Part shown: positions 14,028 through 26,708 of the stretch, piece by piece
How the letters are laid out: each line of letters begins with the position of its first letter
Position numbering within the stretch: position 1 is the first letter of the stretch
Assembly (NCBI GenBank): GCA_963748385.1
Contig: CAVVIQ010000013.1
Location: 95,908 to 159,907, forward strand
DNA: 64,000 bases
Reading direction: 5' to 3'
Source: an uncultured Pseudomonadota bacterium
Lineage (GTDB): Bacteria > Pseudomonadota > Alphaproteobacteria > Rhizobiales > Beijerinckiaceae
Position numbers and translations under genes: made by a program
The notes under the pieces: generated by a model
The model's input: the letters and a program-made list of their open reading frames with translations, nothing else
The model's database searches: none
Told to the model about the DNA's origin: nothing

Positions 14028-16091
14028 ATGACCAAGATCATCGTCGATGGCGCCGAGTTGGATGTCCCGCCCGAATATACCTTGCTCCAGGCCTGCGAGG
14101 CGGCGGGCAAGGAGATTCCGCGCTTCTGCTATCACGAGCGCCTGTCGGTGGCCGGCAATTGCCGCATGTGTCTGGTCGAGGTGAAAGGCGGGCCGCCCAA
14201 GCCGACGGCGTCCTGCGCCATGTCGGTGCGCGACCTGCGTCCGGGCCCGAACGGCGAGCCGCCGGTGGTGCTGACCAATTCGCCGATGGTGAAAAAGGCG
14301 CGCGAAGGGGTGATGGAGTTCCTGCTCATCAACCATCCGCTCGACTGCCCGATCTGCGACCAGGGTGGCGAATGCGACCTTCAGGACCAGGCGCTGGCCT
14401 ATGGCCGCGACCGCTCGCGCTACAGCGAGAGCAAGCACGCGGTCGAGAACAAATATATCGGCCCGCTGGTCAAGACCGAGATGACGCGCTGCATCCATTG
14501 CACGCGCTGCGTCCGCTTCACTGCCGAAATCTGCGGCACGTCCGACATGGGCATGATCGGGCGCGGCGAGGATTCGGAGATCACCACCTATCTCCAGGAG
14601 GCGATGACCTCCGAATTGCAGGGCAATGTCGCCGACCTCTGCCCGGTCGGCGCGCTCCTGCCCAAGCCGCAGAATTTCCGCGCCCGCCCGTGGGAATATA
14701 ACAAGACGCCGGGCATTGACGTCATGGACGCCTTGGGCTCGGCGATCCGCATCGACACCCGCGGCCGCGAGGTCATGCGCATATTGCCGCGCGTCAACGA
14801 AGCGGTGAACGAGGAGTGGATTTCCGACAAGACCCGCCAGATCGTCGACGGGCTGAAGACGCAGCGCCTCGACCGGCCTTTTGTGCGCGAGAACGGCAAG
14901 CTGCGCCCGGCGAACTGGCCCCGGGCCTTCGCGGCCATCACCGACAAGGTCAAGGCGGCGGCGCCGGAGAAGATCGGCTTCATCGGCGGCGATCTCTGTG
15001 CGGTCGAGGACCTTTTCGCCGCCAAATCGCTGGCCGAAGCGCTTGGAACGAAGAATATCGACGCCCGCCAGGACGGCGCCCGGCTGGATCCGGCGCTTGG
15101 CCGAGCGAGCTATATTTTCAACCCCACCGTCGAAGGCGTCGACCGCGCCGACGCCCTGCTGATTATCGGCGCCAACCCGCGCTGGGAATCGCCGGTGCTG
15201 AACGCCCGGATCCGCCGGCGCTGGCGCGCCGGCCATTTCCCGATCGCGCTGATCGGCGAGCCCTTCGACCTGACCTATGATTACGACAATCTCGGCGCCG
15301 GGCCGGAGCTTCTGGCCAAGATTGCGCAGGGCGAGGGATTTGGCGAAATCCTCGCCAAGGCCGAGCGTCCGATGATCCTCGTCGGGCAGGGCGCTTTGTC
15401 GCGTGAGGACGGCGCGGCGATTCTGGCGCTCGCGGCCATGCTCGGCGCCCCCAAGGGTGACTGGACCGGCCTCGCTGTGCTGCACACGGCGGCTTCGCGG
15501 GTCGGTGCGCTCGACATCGGCTTCGTTCCCGGCGCGGGCGGGCTTGACGCCCAGAAGATGGCGAAAGCCGGCGCGCAGGATGTGGTCTTCCTCGTTGGCG
15601 CCGACGAGATTTCGGTCGAGCCGGGGGCCTTCGTCGTCTATATCGGCTCGCATGGCGACCGCGGCGCCCACCGCGCCGACGTCGTCCTGCCGGGCGCGGC
15701 CTATACCGAGAAATCCGGGACTTATGTGAACACCGAAGGCCGCGTCCAGATGTCCGACCGCGCCGCCTTCCCGCCGGGCGAGGCCCGCGAGGACTGGGCG
15801 ATTTTCCGCGCCCTTTCGGCGGCGCTGGGCAAACCCTTGCCCTTCGACTCGCTGAGCCAACTGCGCGCCAGGCTCTATGCGTCTTGCCCCTGGCTCGGCC
15901 ATATCGACGCGATACCCGCGGCCGACCCCGCGAAACTCGCCTCGCTGCCCGGCGGCGAGCTGGGGCAGGGGGCTCTGGTTTCCGCCATTTCGGATTTCTA
16001 CCTGACCAACCCGATCGCCCGCGCCTCGCGCGTCATGGGCGAGTGCTCGGCGCTCGCCAAGTCGCGGCGCACCGCGCAAGCGGCGGAATGA
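14028..16091 (+). CDS. nuoG: NADH-quinone oxidoreductase subunit G
   Basis: [36 protein letters not shown]. Confidence 0.98.
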   Translation: MTKIIVDGAELDVPPEYTLLQACEAAGKEIPRFCYHERLSVAGNCRMCLVEVKGGPPKPTASCAMSVRDLRPGPNGEPPVVLTNSPMVKKAREGVMEFLLINHPLDCPICDQGGECDLQDQALAYGRDRSRYSESKHAVENKYIGPLVKTEMTRCIHCTRCVRFTAEICGTSDMGMIGRGEDSEITTYLQEAMTSELQGNVADLCPVGALLPKPQNFRARPWEYNKTPGIDVMDALGSAIRIDTRGREVMRILPRVNEAVNEEWISDKTRQIVDGLKTQRLDRPFVRENGKLRPANWPRAFAAITDKVKAAAPEKIGFIGGDLCAVEDLFAAKSLAEALGTKNIDARQDGARLDPALGRASYIFNPTVEGVDRADALLIIGANPRWESPVLNARIRRRWRAGHFPIALIGEPFDLTYDYDNLGAGPELLAKIAQGEGFGEILAKAERPMILVGQGALSREDGAAILALAAMLGAPKGDWTGLAVLHTAASRVGALDIGFVPGAGGLDAQKMAKAGAQDVVFLVGADEISVEPGAFVVYIGSHGDRGAHRADVVLPGAAYTEKSGTYVNTEGRVQMSDRAAFPPGEAREDWAIFRALSAALGKPLPFDSLSQLRARLYASCPWLGHIDAIPAADPAKLASLPGGELGQGALVSAISDFYLTNPIARASRVMGECSALAKSRRTAQAAE

Positions 16092-16104
16092 GGAGAAGAG
16101 AAAG

Positions 16105-17115
16105 ATGGACCTCCTGCTCTCCCTTCTCCTGATCGTGGTGAAAAGCCTCGTGCTGCTCGTCGTCGGCCTGGTGCTGGTCGCCTATTACATCCTGCTCGAC
16201 AGAAAAGTCTGGGCGGCGGTGCAGCTGCGGCGCGGACCCAATGTCGTCGGACCCTGGGGCGTGCTGCAAAGCTTCGCCGACATGTTCAAGTTCCTGTTCA
16301 AGGAGCCGATCATTCCCGACGGCGCCAACAAGGGCGTCTTTTTGATCGCGCCCCTGGTCACGGCGACCCTGGCGCTTGCCGCCTGGGCGGTGATCCCGGT
16401 CAATGACGGCTGGGCGGTGGCCAATCTCAATGTCGGCATTCTTTATATTTTCGCCATTTCGTCGCTCGGCGTCTATGGGATCATCATGGGCGGCTGGGCG
16501 TCGAACTCGAAATATCCCTTCCTCGCCGCCCTGCGCTCGGCCGCGCAAATGGTGTCCTACGAAGTCTCGATCGGCTTCGTGATCATCACTGTCCTGCTCT
16601 GCGCCGGCTCGCTCAATCTCACCGACATCGTCCGCGCCCAGGACACCAGATGGGGCTTTCTCGGCTGGTACTGGCTACCGCTGTTCCCGATGTTCGTGAT
16701 CTTCTTCATTTCGGCGTTGGCCGAGACCAACCGCCCGCCGTTCGATCTGGTGGAGGCGGAATCGGAACTGGTCGCCGGCTTCATGGTCGAGTATTCGGCG
16801 AGCCAATATCTGCTGTTCATGCTCGGCGAATATGTCGCCATCGTCACCATGTGCTCGCTGATGACGGTGCTGTTCTTCGGCGGCTGGCTGCCGCCGGTGA
16901 ATGTCGCGCCCTTCACCTGGATTCCCGGCGTGATCTGGTTCGTGCTCAAGGTGACCTGGTTCTTCTTCCTGTTCGCCATGGTGAAAGCCTTCGTGCCGCG
17001 CTACCGCTACGACCAGCTGATGCGTCTGGGCTGGAAGGTTTTTCTGCCGATCTCGCTGGCCGCGGTGGTCATCGTGGCCGGCGTGCTGGAATTCGTCGGC
17101 AAAGTCGCCCAGTGA
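16105..17115 (+). CDS. nuoH: NADH-quinone oxidoreductase subunit H
   Basis: [35 protein letters not shown]. Confidence 0.98.
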   Translation: MDLLLSLLLIVVKSLVLLVVGLVLVAYYILLDRKVWAAVQLRRGPNVVGPWGVLQSFADMFKFLFKEPIIPDGANKGVFLIAPLVTATLALAAWAVIPVNDGWAVANLNVGILYIFAISSLGVYGIIMGGWASNSKYPFLAALRSAAQMVSYEVSIGFVIITVLLCAGSLNLTDIVRAQDTRWGFLGWYWLPLFPMFVIFFISALAETNRPPFDLVEAESELVAGFMVEYSASQYLLFMLGEYVAIVTMCSLMTVLFFGGWLPPVNVAPFTWIPGVIWFVLKVTWFFFLFAMVKAFVPRYRYDQLMRLGWKVFLPISLAAVVIVAGVLEFVGKVAQ

Positions 17116-17124
17116 GGACATGAA

Positions 17125-17613
17125 ATGCAGCTCGTTTCCTCCGCCAAGGCCCTGCTTCTCAAGGAATTCGTCGGCGCCTTCTTCCTGTCCTTCCGCTACC
17201 TGCTGAAGCCCAAGGCGACGCTGAATTATCCGCACGAGAAGAACCCGCAATCGCCCCGCTATCGCGGCGAGCATGCATTGCGCCGCTATCCCAACGGCGA
17301 GGAGCGCTGCATCGCCTGCAAGCTCTGCGAGGCGATCTGCCCGGCCCAGGCCATCACCATCGAGGCGGCGCCGCGCGGCAATGACGGCACGCGCCGCACC
17401 ACCCGCTACGACATCGACATGACCAAATGCATCTATTGCGGCTTCTGCCAGGAGGCCTGCCCGGTGGACGCCATTGTCGAGGGGCCGAATTCGGAATTCG
17501 CGACGGAAACGCGCGAGGAGCTTTTCTTCGACAAGCAACGCCTGCTCGACAATGGCGCGGTCTGGGAGCGGGAAATCGCCCGCAACCTCGCCGCCGACGC
17601 CCCCTATCGCTGA
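17125..17613 (+). CDS. nuoI: NADH-quinone oxidoreductase subunit I
   Basis: Two 4Fe-4S motifs, [12 protein letters not shown] and [12 protein letters not shown]. Confidence 0.98.
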   Translation: MQLVSSAKALLLKEFVGAFFLSFRYLLKPKATLNYPHEKNPQSPRYRGEHALRRYPNGEERCIACKLCEAICPAQAITIEAAPRGNDGTRRTTRYDIDMTKCIYCGFCQEACPVDAIVEGPNSEFATETREELFFDKQRLLDNGAVWEREIARNLAADAPYR

Positions 17614-17676
17614 AGGCGGTCCCCGCCTTGAGCCGACTTCACCCGGCGCCGAGTCTCGCTTAAGCAGCGACGGCGC

Positions 17677-17756
17677 GAGCACGATCCCGAAAAGCGGAGC
17701 CCGCTTTTGGGGATCATGCTCAAACAAGGAATTCAGAGGGGATGCGTTCCGCATCC
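17677..17756. repeat. Palindromic intergenic repeat (RIME/Bru-RS/CIR-like), copy 1
   Basis: GAGCACGATCCCGAAAAGCGG..CCGCTTTTGGGGATCATGCTC hairpin, AAACAAGGAATTCAGAG linker, second hairpin GGATGCG/CGCATCC. It resembles the element at 35161-35255. Confidence 0.7.
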
Positions 17757-17803
17757 GCTTTACAAAAGGCTCAAAGCCCGCGCGGCGGGCGTACAGGTGG
17801 ACC

Positions 17804-18406
17804 ATGACGCTTGCGACGTTTTTCTTCTATCTGTTCTCGATCATGATGATCGCGTCCGCCGTCATGGTGATCTCGGCGCGCAATCCGGTTCATTCGGTTT
17901 TGTTCCTGATCCTCACCTTTTTCAACGCGGCGGGGCTTTTCCTGCTCGCCGGAGCCGAATTCCTGGCGATGATCCTTGTCGTCGTCTATGTCGGCGCGGT
18001 GGCGGTGCTGTTCCTCTTCGTCGTCATGATGCTCGATGTCGATTTCGCACAGCTGAAACAGGGATTTCTGCAATATCTGCCGATCGGCGCCCTGGTCGGC
18101 CTGATCGTTCTGGTCGAACTCATCGCGGTGGTGGGCGTCTGGACCGTCGCGCCCCAGGCCGCGCTCGCCACCCCGACGCCAAGCCATCTGTCCAATACGG
18201 CGGCGCTCGGCATGGTGCTCTACACCCAATATGTGTATCTGTTCGAGGCCGCCGGTTTCGTCCTGCTGGTCGCGATGATCGGGGCCATCGTCCTCACTCT
18301 GCATCACCGGCCGAATGTCCGCCGCCAGAACATCGCGGCGCAGAACGCGCGCACCCGCGCCTCGGCCATCGAAAAGAAGAATGTCCCGTCGCGGGCGGGC
18401 GTGTGA
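17804..18406 (+). CDS. nuoJ: NADH-quinone oxidoreductase subunit J
   Basis: [27 protein letters not shown]. Confidence 0.97.
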   Translation: MTLATFFFYLFSIMMIASAVMVISARNPVHSVLFLILTFFNAAGLFLLAGAEFLAMILVVVYVGAVAVLFLFVVMMLDVDFAQLKQGFLQYLPIGALVGLIVLVELIAVVGVWTVAPQAALATPTPSHLSNTAALGMVLYTQYVYLFEAAGFVLLVAMIGAIVLTLHHRPNVRRQNIAAQNARTRASAIEKKNVPSRAGV

Positions 18407-18416
18407 GGAGCGGCTC

Positions 18417-18725
18417 ATGGTCATCGGTCTTGAACATTATCTGATCGTCGCCGCCACCCTGTTCACTCTGGGGGTCGCCGGCATCATCCTCAACCGCAAG
18501 AACGTCATCGTCATCCTGATGTCGGTCGAGCTGATCCTGCTGTCGGTCAATCTCAATCTGGTGGCGTTTTCCGCCACGCTTCACGACCTCACGGGCCAGG
18601 TCTTCGCTCTGTTCGTCCTGACGGTGGCGGCGGCGGAAGCGGCGATCGGCCTCGCCATCCTCGTCACCTATTTCCGCAACCGCGGCACGATCGCGGTCGA
18701 AGACATCAATATGATGAAGGGCTGA
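18417..18725 (+). CDS. nuoK: NADH-quinone oxidoreductase subunit K
   Basis: [21 protein letters not shown]. Confidence 0.97.
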   Translation: MVIGLEHYLIVAATLFTLGVAGIILNRKNVIVILMSVELILLSVNLNLVAFSATLHDLTGQVFALFVLTVAAAEAAIGLAILVTYFRNRGTIAVEDINMMKG

Positions 18726-18729
18726 AAGC

Positions 18730-20791
18730 ATGTATTCGGCAATCGTCTTTCTCCCCCTTCTCGGCTTCCTGATCGCCGGCCTTCTCGGCCGGAAGATCGG
18801 CGACCGCGCCAGCGAGATCGTCACCACCTCGCTGCTTTTCGTCTCCTGCTTTTTCTCCTGGATCGCCTTCATTCGGGTCGGCCTCAACGGCGGGTCGTTC
18901 TCGACGCCGGTCCTCGCCAACTGGATGACTTCGGGCGCGCTCCAGGTCGACTGGGCCCTGCGGGTGGACACGCTCACCGTTGTGATGCTGGTGGTGGTGA
19001 CCACGGTCTCGGCGCTCGTCCATCTCTATTCGGTGGGCTATATGCACGAGGATCCCTCGCGCCCCCGCTTCTTCGCATTTCTGTCGCTGTTCACCTTCGC
19101 CATGCTGATGCTGGTGACCGCCGACAATCTCGCGCAGATGTTTTTCGGCTGGGAAGGCGTCGGCCTCGCCTCCTATCTGCTGATCGGCTTCTGGTATGAG
19201 AAGCCGTCGGCCAACGCCGCGGCGATCAAGGCCTTTGTCGTCAACCGCGTCGGCGATTTCGGTTTCGCGCTCGGCATTTTCCTGGTGTTCATGCTGACGA
19301 AATCGATCAATTTCGATGTGATTTTCGCCGCCGCGCCCGGCCTCGCCAACAAGACCGTCCATGTGTTCGGCGCCGACTGGGACGCGATGACCCTGACCTG
19401 CCTGCTGCTGTTCACGGGCGCGATGGGCAAGTCGGCCCAGTTCCTGCTCCACACCTGGCTGCCCGACGCGATGGAAGGCCCGACCCCGGTCTCCGCCCTC
19501 ATCCACGCCGCGACCATGGTCACCGCCGGCGTGTTCATGGTCGCCCGCCTGTCGCCGCTTTTCGAGCAATCCGCGACCGCCCTGGCCGTGGTCACCATCG
19601 TCGGCGCCACCACCGCCTTTTTCGCCGCGACGGTCGGCCTCGTGCAGAACGACATCAAGCGCGTCATCGCCTATTCGACCTGCTCGCAGCTCGGCTACAT
19701 GTTCGTCGGCCTCGGGGTCGGGGGCTATTCGCTCGGCATTTTCCACCTCTTCACCCACGCCTTCTTCAAGGCTCTGCTGTTCCTCGGCGCCGGCTCGGTG
19801 ATCCACGCCATGCACCATGAGCAGGACATGCGGAACATGGGCGGATTGTGGAAGAAGATCCCGCTCACTTTCGCCACCATGACCGTCGGCACGCTGGCGC
19901 TGACCGGTTTTGGCATCCCGTTCACCAGCATCGGAACCGCCGGCTATTTCTCCAAGGACGCGATCATCGAGGCCGCTTACGCGGCGGGCCTGCACAGCCA
20001 GGCTGGCTTTTACGGTTATGTCCTCACCGTCGTCGCGGCGGGCCTGACCTCGTTCTATTCCTGGCGCCTGGTGTTCATGACCTTCTTCGGCAAGCCGCGC
20101 TGGGAGGAGGTCGATCATGCCAACGCCCCGCCATGGCCGCGGTCCACGCCCACAATCATGAATCGCCGGCCGAGGAAAAGCCGACCGACGAGGCGCACGA
20201 CGATGCCACGGCCATCATGCGCTCGACCCGCATGAATCGCCGAACACGATGATGATCCCGCTCTATGTCCTGTCGCTCGGCGCGCTGTTCGCCGGCCTGA
20301 TGTTCAAGGGCGTGTTCATCGGCCACGAGATGGGCGAATTCTGGCGCGGCTCCTTGTCCTTCGGCCCCGACAACCACATCATGCATGAGATGCACGAAAT
20401 TCCCGAGCTCGCCGGCCTTGCGCCGACGCTGATGATGGTCCTCGGCCTTGTCGTCTCGTTCTATTTCTACATCGTCTCGCCGCGGACCCCGGTCTGGCTC
20501 GCCGACCGCTTCCCCGGCCTGTACCGGTTCCTGCTCAACAAATGGTACTTCGACGAGCTCTATGACGCCCTGTTCGTCCGCCCGGCCTTCTGGCTCGGCC
20601 GGCTGTTCTGGAAGGGCGGCGACGGCGCGATCATCGACCGGCTCGGCCCCGACGGCATCGCCGCGCGGGTGCAGGACGGCGCCGGCTGGATGGCCCGGCT
20701 TCAGACCGGCTACATCTACAATTACGCTTTCGCCATGCTGATCGGGCTTGCGGCGATCATCACTTACTATCTGGTCGGCGGGGTGCGCTGA
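18730..20791 (+). CDS. nuoL: NADH-quinone oxidoreductase subunit L (two apparent frameshifts, about 20130 and 20205)
   Basis: [51 protein letters not shown]. The C-terminal part ([14 protein letters not shown]) continues in other frames. Confidence 0.93.
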
Positions 20792-22302
20792 TGTTCGGTT
20801 TTGGCCTTCTCTCCTGGCTGACCTTCCTGCCTCTGGTCGGCGCCGCGCTCATCCTGGCCGTTCCCGGCGACAGCGAGGCGGGCAAGAACAACATTCGCTG
20901 GATCGCCCTGTGGACGACCCTCGTCGTCTTCGCCCTGTCGCTTTACGTCTGGAGCAAATTCGTTCCCGGCGTCGCGGACTTCCAGTTCGTCGAGCAGAAG
21001 AGCTGGTTCGGCTCGGGCCTGACCTACAAGATGGGCGTGGACGGCGTCAGCTTCCCCTTCGTGGTGCTGACCGCCTTCCTGATGCCCTTGTGCATCGCCG
21101 CCTCGTGGGCGCCGATCCAGAACCGGGTCAAGGAATACATGATCGCCTTCCTGGCGCTGGAAACCTTGATGATCGGGGTCTTCACCTCGCTCGATCTGGT
21201 GCTGTTCTATCTGTTCTTCGAGGGCGGCCTGATCCCGATGTTCCTCATCATCGGCGTCTGGGGCGGCAAGCGCCGCATCTACGCGAGCTTCAAGTTCTTC
21301 CTCTATACGCTCGCCGGCTCGCTGCTGATGCTCATTGCGATCCTGGCGATGTACGCGCAGACCCACACCACCGACATCACGACGCTGCTGCACACGAGAT
21401 TCGATTCGAACCTCCAAAAATATCTCTGGCTCGCCTTCTTCGCCTCCTTCGCGGTGAAAATGCCGATGTGGCCGGTCCATACCTGGCTGCCCGACGCTCA
21501 CGTCGAGGCGCCGACCGCGGGATCGGTGATTCTGGCCGGCATCCTGCTGAAGATGGGCGGTTACGGATTCATCCGCTTCTCGCTGCCGATGTTCCCCGAC
21601 GCGTCGCAATATTTCGCCCCGATGGTCTATGCCCTGTCGATCATCGCCATCGTCTATACGTCGCTGGTGGCGCTGGTGCAGGAGGACATCAAGAAGCTGA
21701 TCGCCTATTCCTCGGTGGCGCACATGGGCTTCGTCACCATGGGCCTGTTCGCCATGAACCAGCAGGCGGTGCAGGGCGCGGTGTTCCAGATGGTGTCGCA
21801 CGGCCTCGTCTCCGCCGCCCTCTTCCTTTGCGTCGGCGTGGTCTATGACCGCCTCCACACCCGGGAGATCGCGGCCTATGGCGGCATTGTCGCAAAAATG
21901 CCGGTCTACGCCGCAGCCTTCATGATCTTCACCCTGGCCAATGTCGGCCTGCCCGGCACTTCGGGATTCGTCGGCGAATTCCTGTCGCTGATCGGGACGT
22001 TCCAGGTCAACAGCTGGGTGGCCTTGTTCGCCACCACCGGCGTCATCCTCTCGGCGGCTTATGCGCTCTACCTCTATTGGCGGGTCGTTTTCGGCAAACT
22101 GGAGAAGCCGAGCCTGATGGGCCTGCAGGATCTGAACCCGCGCGAACTGGCGGTTCTGACGCCGCTCGTCCTGCTGACGATCTATTACGGCGTCCATCCC
22201 GGCCCGATCCTCGACGCCTGTTCCGGCTCGGTCGCCGCCTTGATCAGCGATTACAATTCCGCTCTGGCGCTGACCAAGACCGCCGCCCTCACGCTGCCTT
22301 GA
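20791..22302 (+). CDS. nuoM: NADH-quinone oxidoreductase subunit M
   Basis: [35 protein letters not shown]. Confidence 0.97.
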   Translation: MFGFGLLSWLTFLPLVGAALILAVPGDSEAGKNNIRWIALWTTLVVFALSLYVWSKFVPGVADFQFVEQKSWFGSGLTYKMGVDGVSFPFVVLTAFLMPLCIAASWAPIQNRVKEYMIAFLALETLMIGVFTSLDLVLFYLFFEGGLIPMFLIIGVWGGKRRIYASFKFFLYTLAGSLLMLIAILAMYAQTHTTDITTLLHTRFDSNLQKYLWLAFFASFAVKMPMWPVHTWLPDAHVEAPTAGSVILAGILLKMGGYGFIRFSLPMFPDASQYFAPMVYALSIIAIVYTSLVALVQEDIKKLIAYSSVAHMGFVTMGLFAMNQQAVQGAVFQMVSHGLVSAALFLCVGVVYDRLHTREIAAYGGIVAKMPVYAAAFMIFTLANVGLPGTSGFVGEFLSLIGTFQVNSWVALFATTGVILSAAYALYLYWRVVFGKLEKPSLMGLQDLNPRELAVLTPLVLLTIYYGVHPGPILDACSGSVAALISDYNSALALTKTAALTLP

Positions 22303-22312
22303 GAGACGTTCC

Positions 22313-23749
22313 ATGAATTCGATCAGTCTTGAACTCGCTCATGCGCTCCCCGAGGCGATCCTGGCCGTCGGCGGCGTCCTCCTGGTGCTGCTCGGCGCCT
22401 TCCGTGGCAAGGACGACGACGGTCCGATGTCGGAATTCGCGGTCGCCGTTCTCGGCGCCGCGCTGGTCGCGGTCCTGCTGGGCCACCACCGCGAGGCGGG
22501 GGTCGTCTTCAGCGGCGCCTTCATCGACGACGATTTCGCCGACTTCATGAAGATCCTGTCGCTGGGCGGCTCGATCGTGGTCCTGCTGATGTCGGGTGAT
22601 TTCCTGCGCCGTTCCGGGGTCAACAGGTTCGAATTTCCGATCCTCGTCGTGCTGGCGACGCTCGGCATGCTGATGCTGATTTCGGCCGCCAACCTGATCG
22701 CGCTTTATCTCGGCCTCGAATTGATGTCGCTTGCGCTCTATGTCCTCGCCGCCCTCAGCCGCGACGACCCCCGCGCGTCCGAAGCCGGCCTGAAATATTT
22801 CGTCCTCGGCGCCCTGTCTTCGGGCATGTTGCTCTATGGCGCCTCGCTGCTCTACGGTTTCGCCGGCACGGTGTCCTTGTCCGGCATTGCCGCGGCGATC
22901 GGCGAACACCCGAATATCGGCGTGATCTTTGGCCTGGCCTTCCTGTTCGTCGGCCTCGCCTTCAAGATGTCGGTCGTGCCCTTCCACATGTGGACGCCGG
23001 ACGTCTACGAGGGCGCGCCGACGCCGGTCACCGCCTTTTTCGCCTCGGCCCCGAAAATGGCCGCCGTCGCCATCACGGTTCGCGTCATCATGACCGCCTT
23101 CCCCGGCGCCACCAGCCAATGGCAGCAGATCATCGTCTTTCTGGCCCTGGCCTCGATGGCGCTCGGCGCCTTCGCCGCCATCGCCCAGACCAATATCAAG
23201 CGACTGATGGCCTATTCCTCGATCGGCCACATGGGCTTCGCCCTGGTCGGCCTCGCCGCCGGCACGGAAGCCGGCGCCAGGGGCGTCGCGCTCTATATGG
23301 CGATCTATCTCGTCATGACGCTCGGCGCATTCGCCGCGATCCTGTCGATGCGGGTCGACGGAAAGGCGGTCGAAAAGATCAGCGATCTCTCGGGCCTCGC
23401 GCGCACCCGTCCGGCCATGGCCTTCTTCTTCGCCATGCTGATGTTCTCGCTGGCCGGCGTTCCGCCGCTCGCGGGCTTCTTCGCCAAATTCTATGTCTTC
23501 ATGGCGGCGGTCGAGGCGAAGCTCTACTGGCTGGCGGTGATCGGCATCCTGACCAGCGCGGTCTCCGCCTTCTACTATCTGCGCATCGTCAAGGTCATGT
23601 ATTTCGACGAGCCGGCGCCGGCTTTCGACCGTCCGGACAAGACCCAATGCGCGGTCCTCGCGCTTTCCGCTCTGGCCATGCTGACCTTCTGGGTCTTCCC
23701 GGCGCCTTTGGTCAACGCCGCCGCCGCCGCCGCGCATTCGCTGTTCTGA
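22313..23749 (+). CDS. nuoN: NADH-quinone oxidoreductase subunit N
   Basis: SEAGLKYFVLGALSS, FKMSVVPFHMWTPDVYEGAP. Confidence 0.97.
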   Translation: MNSISLELAHALPEAILAVGGVLLVLLGAFRGKDDDGPMSEFAVAVLGAALVAVLLGHHREAGVVFSGAFIDDDFADFMKILSLGGSIVVLLMSGDFLRRSGVNRFEFPILVVLATLGMLMLISAANLIALYLGLELMSLALYVLAALSRDDPRASEAGLKYFVLGALSSGMLLYGASLLYGFAGTVSLSGIAAAIGEHPNIGVIFGLAFLFVGLAFKMSVVPFHMWTPDVYEGAPTPVTAFFASAPKMAAVAITVRVIMTAFPGATSQWQQIIVFLALASMALGAFAAIAQTNIKRLMAYSSIGHMGFALVGLAAGTEAGARGVALYMAIYLVMTLGAFAAILSMRVDGKAVEKISDLSGLARTRPAMAFFFAMLMFSLAGVPPLAGFFAKFYVFMAAVEAKLYWLAVIGILTSAVSAFYYLRIVKVMYFDEPAPAFDRPDKTQCAVLALSALAMLTFWVFPAPLVNAAAAAAHSLF

Positions 23750-23767
23750 GCGCGTGGCGCGGACAGA

Positions 23768-24570
23768 ATGGATCGCGATGGCGCGGTGAAGGATTTCTAC
23801 TGCGCCCTCGGGCCTGAAGCCGCGCGCGCCGGCTATCGGCTCGAAATGTTCACTTCCCTGGCCTCGACCAATGACGAGGCGAAAAGCCGGATCGCCGCCG
23901 GCGATCCCGGGCGGCTGTGGATCGTCGCCGCGACCCAGACCAGAGGCCGGGGCCGCATGGGCCGGGAATGGGTTTCGCCGCCGGGCAATCTTTACGCCAG
24001 CCTGCTTCTGATCGATCCGGCGCCGCCGGCGCGGCTCGCCGAAATCGGCTTCGTCGCCGGCGTGGCGCTGATCGACGCCTTGCGCGCGCTGGCGGGGCCA
24101 GAGCCGTCGATCCGGCTCAAATGGCCGAACGACGTTCTGGTCGATGACGCAAAAATGTCCGGCCTGTTGCTCGAAGGCGCGCGCCTGCGCAACGGGCTTT
24201 TCGCCTGCGTGGTCGGGGTGGGCGTCAATTGCGTCTCATCGCCGCTCGAGGCGCTCTATCCGACCGCGAGTCTGAAAAGCATCGGCGCGGCCTCATCGGA
24301 TCGCGGCGCGCTTTTTCGGCTCTGTCCGACCGTTTCGTTCACTGGCTGGAGGTTTGGGCGCGGGGCGACAATTTCGCCGGCGTCCGCGCCGCCTGGCTGG
24401 AGCGGGCGGGGGGGATCGGCGAAAAGGCGCGGGTGGACCGCAATGGCGAAAGGCTTGAAGGACTCTTCCGGGGCATTGACGCGCAAGGGCGCATGCTGTT
24501 GGAAAGGCTTGGCGGAATTGTGGAAACGATTGAAGCGGGCGATGTAGCCTTCGATCCGCGAAAAACGTAA
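23768..24570 (+). CDS. birA: Biotin-[acetyl-CoA-carboxylase] ligase (apparent frameshift about 24320)
   Basis: STNDEA, QTRGRGRMGREW..PPGNLY, LKWPND; C-terminal GIDAQGRMLL lies in a second frame; usual position after nuoN. Confidence 0.9.
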
Positions 24571-24576
24571 AGGCGG

Positions 24577-26249
24577 ATGATGGCGTCGGACCAGGAAGAA
24601 ATAGTATTCGCGCCGCTCGGGGGCCTGGGCGAGATCGGCATGAACGCCGCGCTTTATGGCTTCGGCACGGCCAAAAAGCGCAAATGGATCCTGGTCGATT
24701 GCGGCGTCGCCTTCGCCCATTCGGACATGCCGGGCGTCGATCTCATCCTGCCCGATCTTTCCTTCATCGAGAAAAACCGCGCCGACCTGCTCGGGCTGAT
24801 CGTCACTCACGCCCATGAGGACCATGTCGGCGCCATCGCGGCGCTTTGGCCGCGCCTCGGCTGCCCGGTCTATGCGACCCGCTTCGCCGCCGGCCTGCTC
24901 GCCACCCGCCGCCTCGCCGAACCCGGCGCGCCGAAGGTTCCGATCCATGAGGTCGAGCAGGGCGGAAGGCTCGACTCTCGGCCCGTTCGAGATCGAATTC
25001 GTGCCGATGTCGCATTCGATCCCGGAATCCAACCTGCTGGCGATCCGCACTCAGGCCGGCGTCGTGGTCCACAGCGGCGACTGGAAGCTCGATCCGACGC
25101 CGGGGCTCGGCAAGCCGACCGACGCGGCGCGGCTCAAGAAAATCGGCGATGAGGGCGTGCGCGCGCTGGTCAGCAACTCGACCAATATTCTGCGCGAGGG
25201 CGAAAGTCCCTCGGAAGCCCAGGTCGCCGAGGTCTTGCGCGCAAAAATCCTCGCCGCGCGCGGGCGGGTGCTGGTGACGACTTTCGCCTCCAATGTCGCG
25301 CGCTTGCGCGCGGTCTGCCTGGCGGCGGAAGCCGCGGGCCGGCGCGTGGTTCTCGCCGGCCGCGCCATGGAGCGGACGCTCGCCGTGGCGCGCGAATGCG
25401 GCTATCTCGACGATGTCCCGGAACTGCTGTCGCTGGACAGTTTTTCCCGCCTGCCGGCAAACAAGGTGGTGGCGCTCGCCACCGGCAGCCAGGGCGAGGC
25501 GCGGGCGGCCATGTCGCGCATCGTGCGCGGCGACCATCCGATAAAGCTCTCCCCGAACGATCTCGTCATTTTCTCCTCGCGCACCATTCCCGGCAATGAG
25601 CGCGAGGTGAACGACATCGTCAACGGCCTCATCCTGCAGGGCGTGGACGTGCTCAGCGACCGCGACGCGCTGGTCCATTGTTCCGGCCATCCGCGCCGGG
25701 GCGAGGTCGCGCAGCTTTATGAATGGCTGCGGCCGCAGGTGGCGGTGCCGGCTCATGGCGAGGCGCTGCATCTCAAGGTCCATGCCGAATTCGCGCGCAA
25801 TGCGGGCGTCGAGCATGTTCTGGTCGCCCATAATGGCGACATGGTCGCGCTCGGTCCCGACGCGCCCGCCCATCTCGGCCAGATCGCCCACGGCAAGCTC
25901 TATCACGACGGCGAGCTGATCCTCAGCGAAACCGATGAATGTTTCCGCGAGCGCCACCGGCTGGCGGCGGCGGGGATCGTTTCCATCGCTTTCGCCTTGA
26001 CCGCCAAGGGCGATGTCGTGGGCGTGCCCGACGTCACCATGTTCGGCCTGCCGCGCAAGACCCGCGACAATCGTTCAATGGACGAGGTGGTGGACCGCGC
26101 TCTATTCGACACGCTCGAACTCGCTGCCCCGCGCCCGGAAAAGGGACGCGGACGCCGCCTGCGCGGCGATCGAGCGCGCCGTGCGCGCCGCGGTGGCGGG
26201 GGTCTGGGGCAAGAAGCCGCACGTCCATGTGCTGGCGATAGAAGTCTGA
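24577..26249 (+). CDS. rnj: Ribonuclease J (apparent frameshifts about 24975 and 26125)
   Basis: PLGGLGEIGMN, THAHEDHVG, HSGDWK, HCSGH, VPAHGE and C-terminal WGKKP, spread over three frames. Confidence 0.9.
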
Positions 26250-26263
26250 CGAGGAGTGACAGG

Positions 26264-26668
26264 ATGATCGGCCGCCTGAACCATGTCGCCATTGCGGTGA
26301 AGGATATCGCCGCGGCTGCCGCGACCTATCGCGACGTACTGGGCGCCAAGGTGTCCGCGCCCATGGCGCAGCCGGACCATGGCGTGACGGTTGTTTTCAT
26401 CGAGCTGCCCAACACCAAGATCGAATTGCTGGAGCCGCTCGGCTCGGCCTCGCCCATCGCCAGATTCCTGGAAAAGAACCCCGACGGAGGCATGCATCAT
26501 GTCTGTTACGAGGTCGAGGATATCCTCGCCGCGCGCGACCGGCTCAAGGCGGCCGGCGCGCGGGTGATCGGCGACGGCGAGCCCAGGATCGGCGCCCACG
26601 GCAAGCCGGTCCTGTTCCTCCACCCCAAGGACTTCAACGGCGTTCTGGTCGAGATCGAGCAGGTCTGA
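26264..26668 (+). CDS. mce: Methylmalonyl-CoA epimerase (VOC family)
   Basis: RLNHVAIAV, KIELLEPL, GGMHHVCYEV, LFLHPKD, LVEIEQ; RBS GAGGAG upstream. Confidence 0.92.
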   Translation: MIGRLNHVAIAVKDIAAAAATYRDVLGAKVSAPMAQPDHGVTVVFIELPNTKIELLEPLGSASPIARFLEKNPDGGMHHVCYEVEDILAARDRLKAAGARVIGDGEPRIGAHGKPVLFLHPKDFNGVLVEIEQV

Positions 26669-26708
26669 GCGAAGGCGCCCGCTGCGATTGTCCGTCGGCG
26701 CATCGCCG

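Noticed and set aside
18730-20791. Programmed frameshifting or split nuoL
   Set aside because: No slippery heptamer was seen, and similar indels occur in many unrelated genes, which points to sequence error.
24815-26668. Apparent RNase J-methylmalonyl-CoA epimerase fusion ORF (617 aa)
   Set aside because: It arises from an extra base near 26125. The true RNase J C-terminus (WGKKP..IEV*) ends at 26249 in another frame, and mce has its own GAGGAG RBS and ATG.
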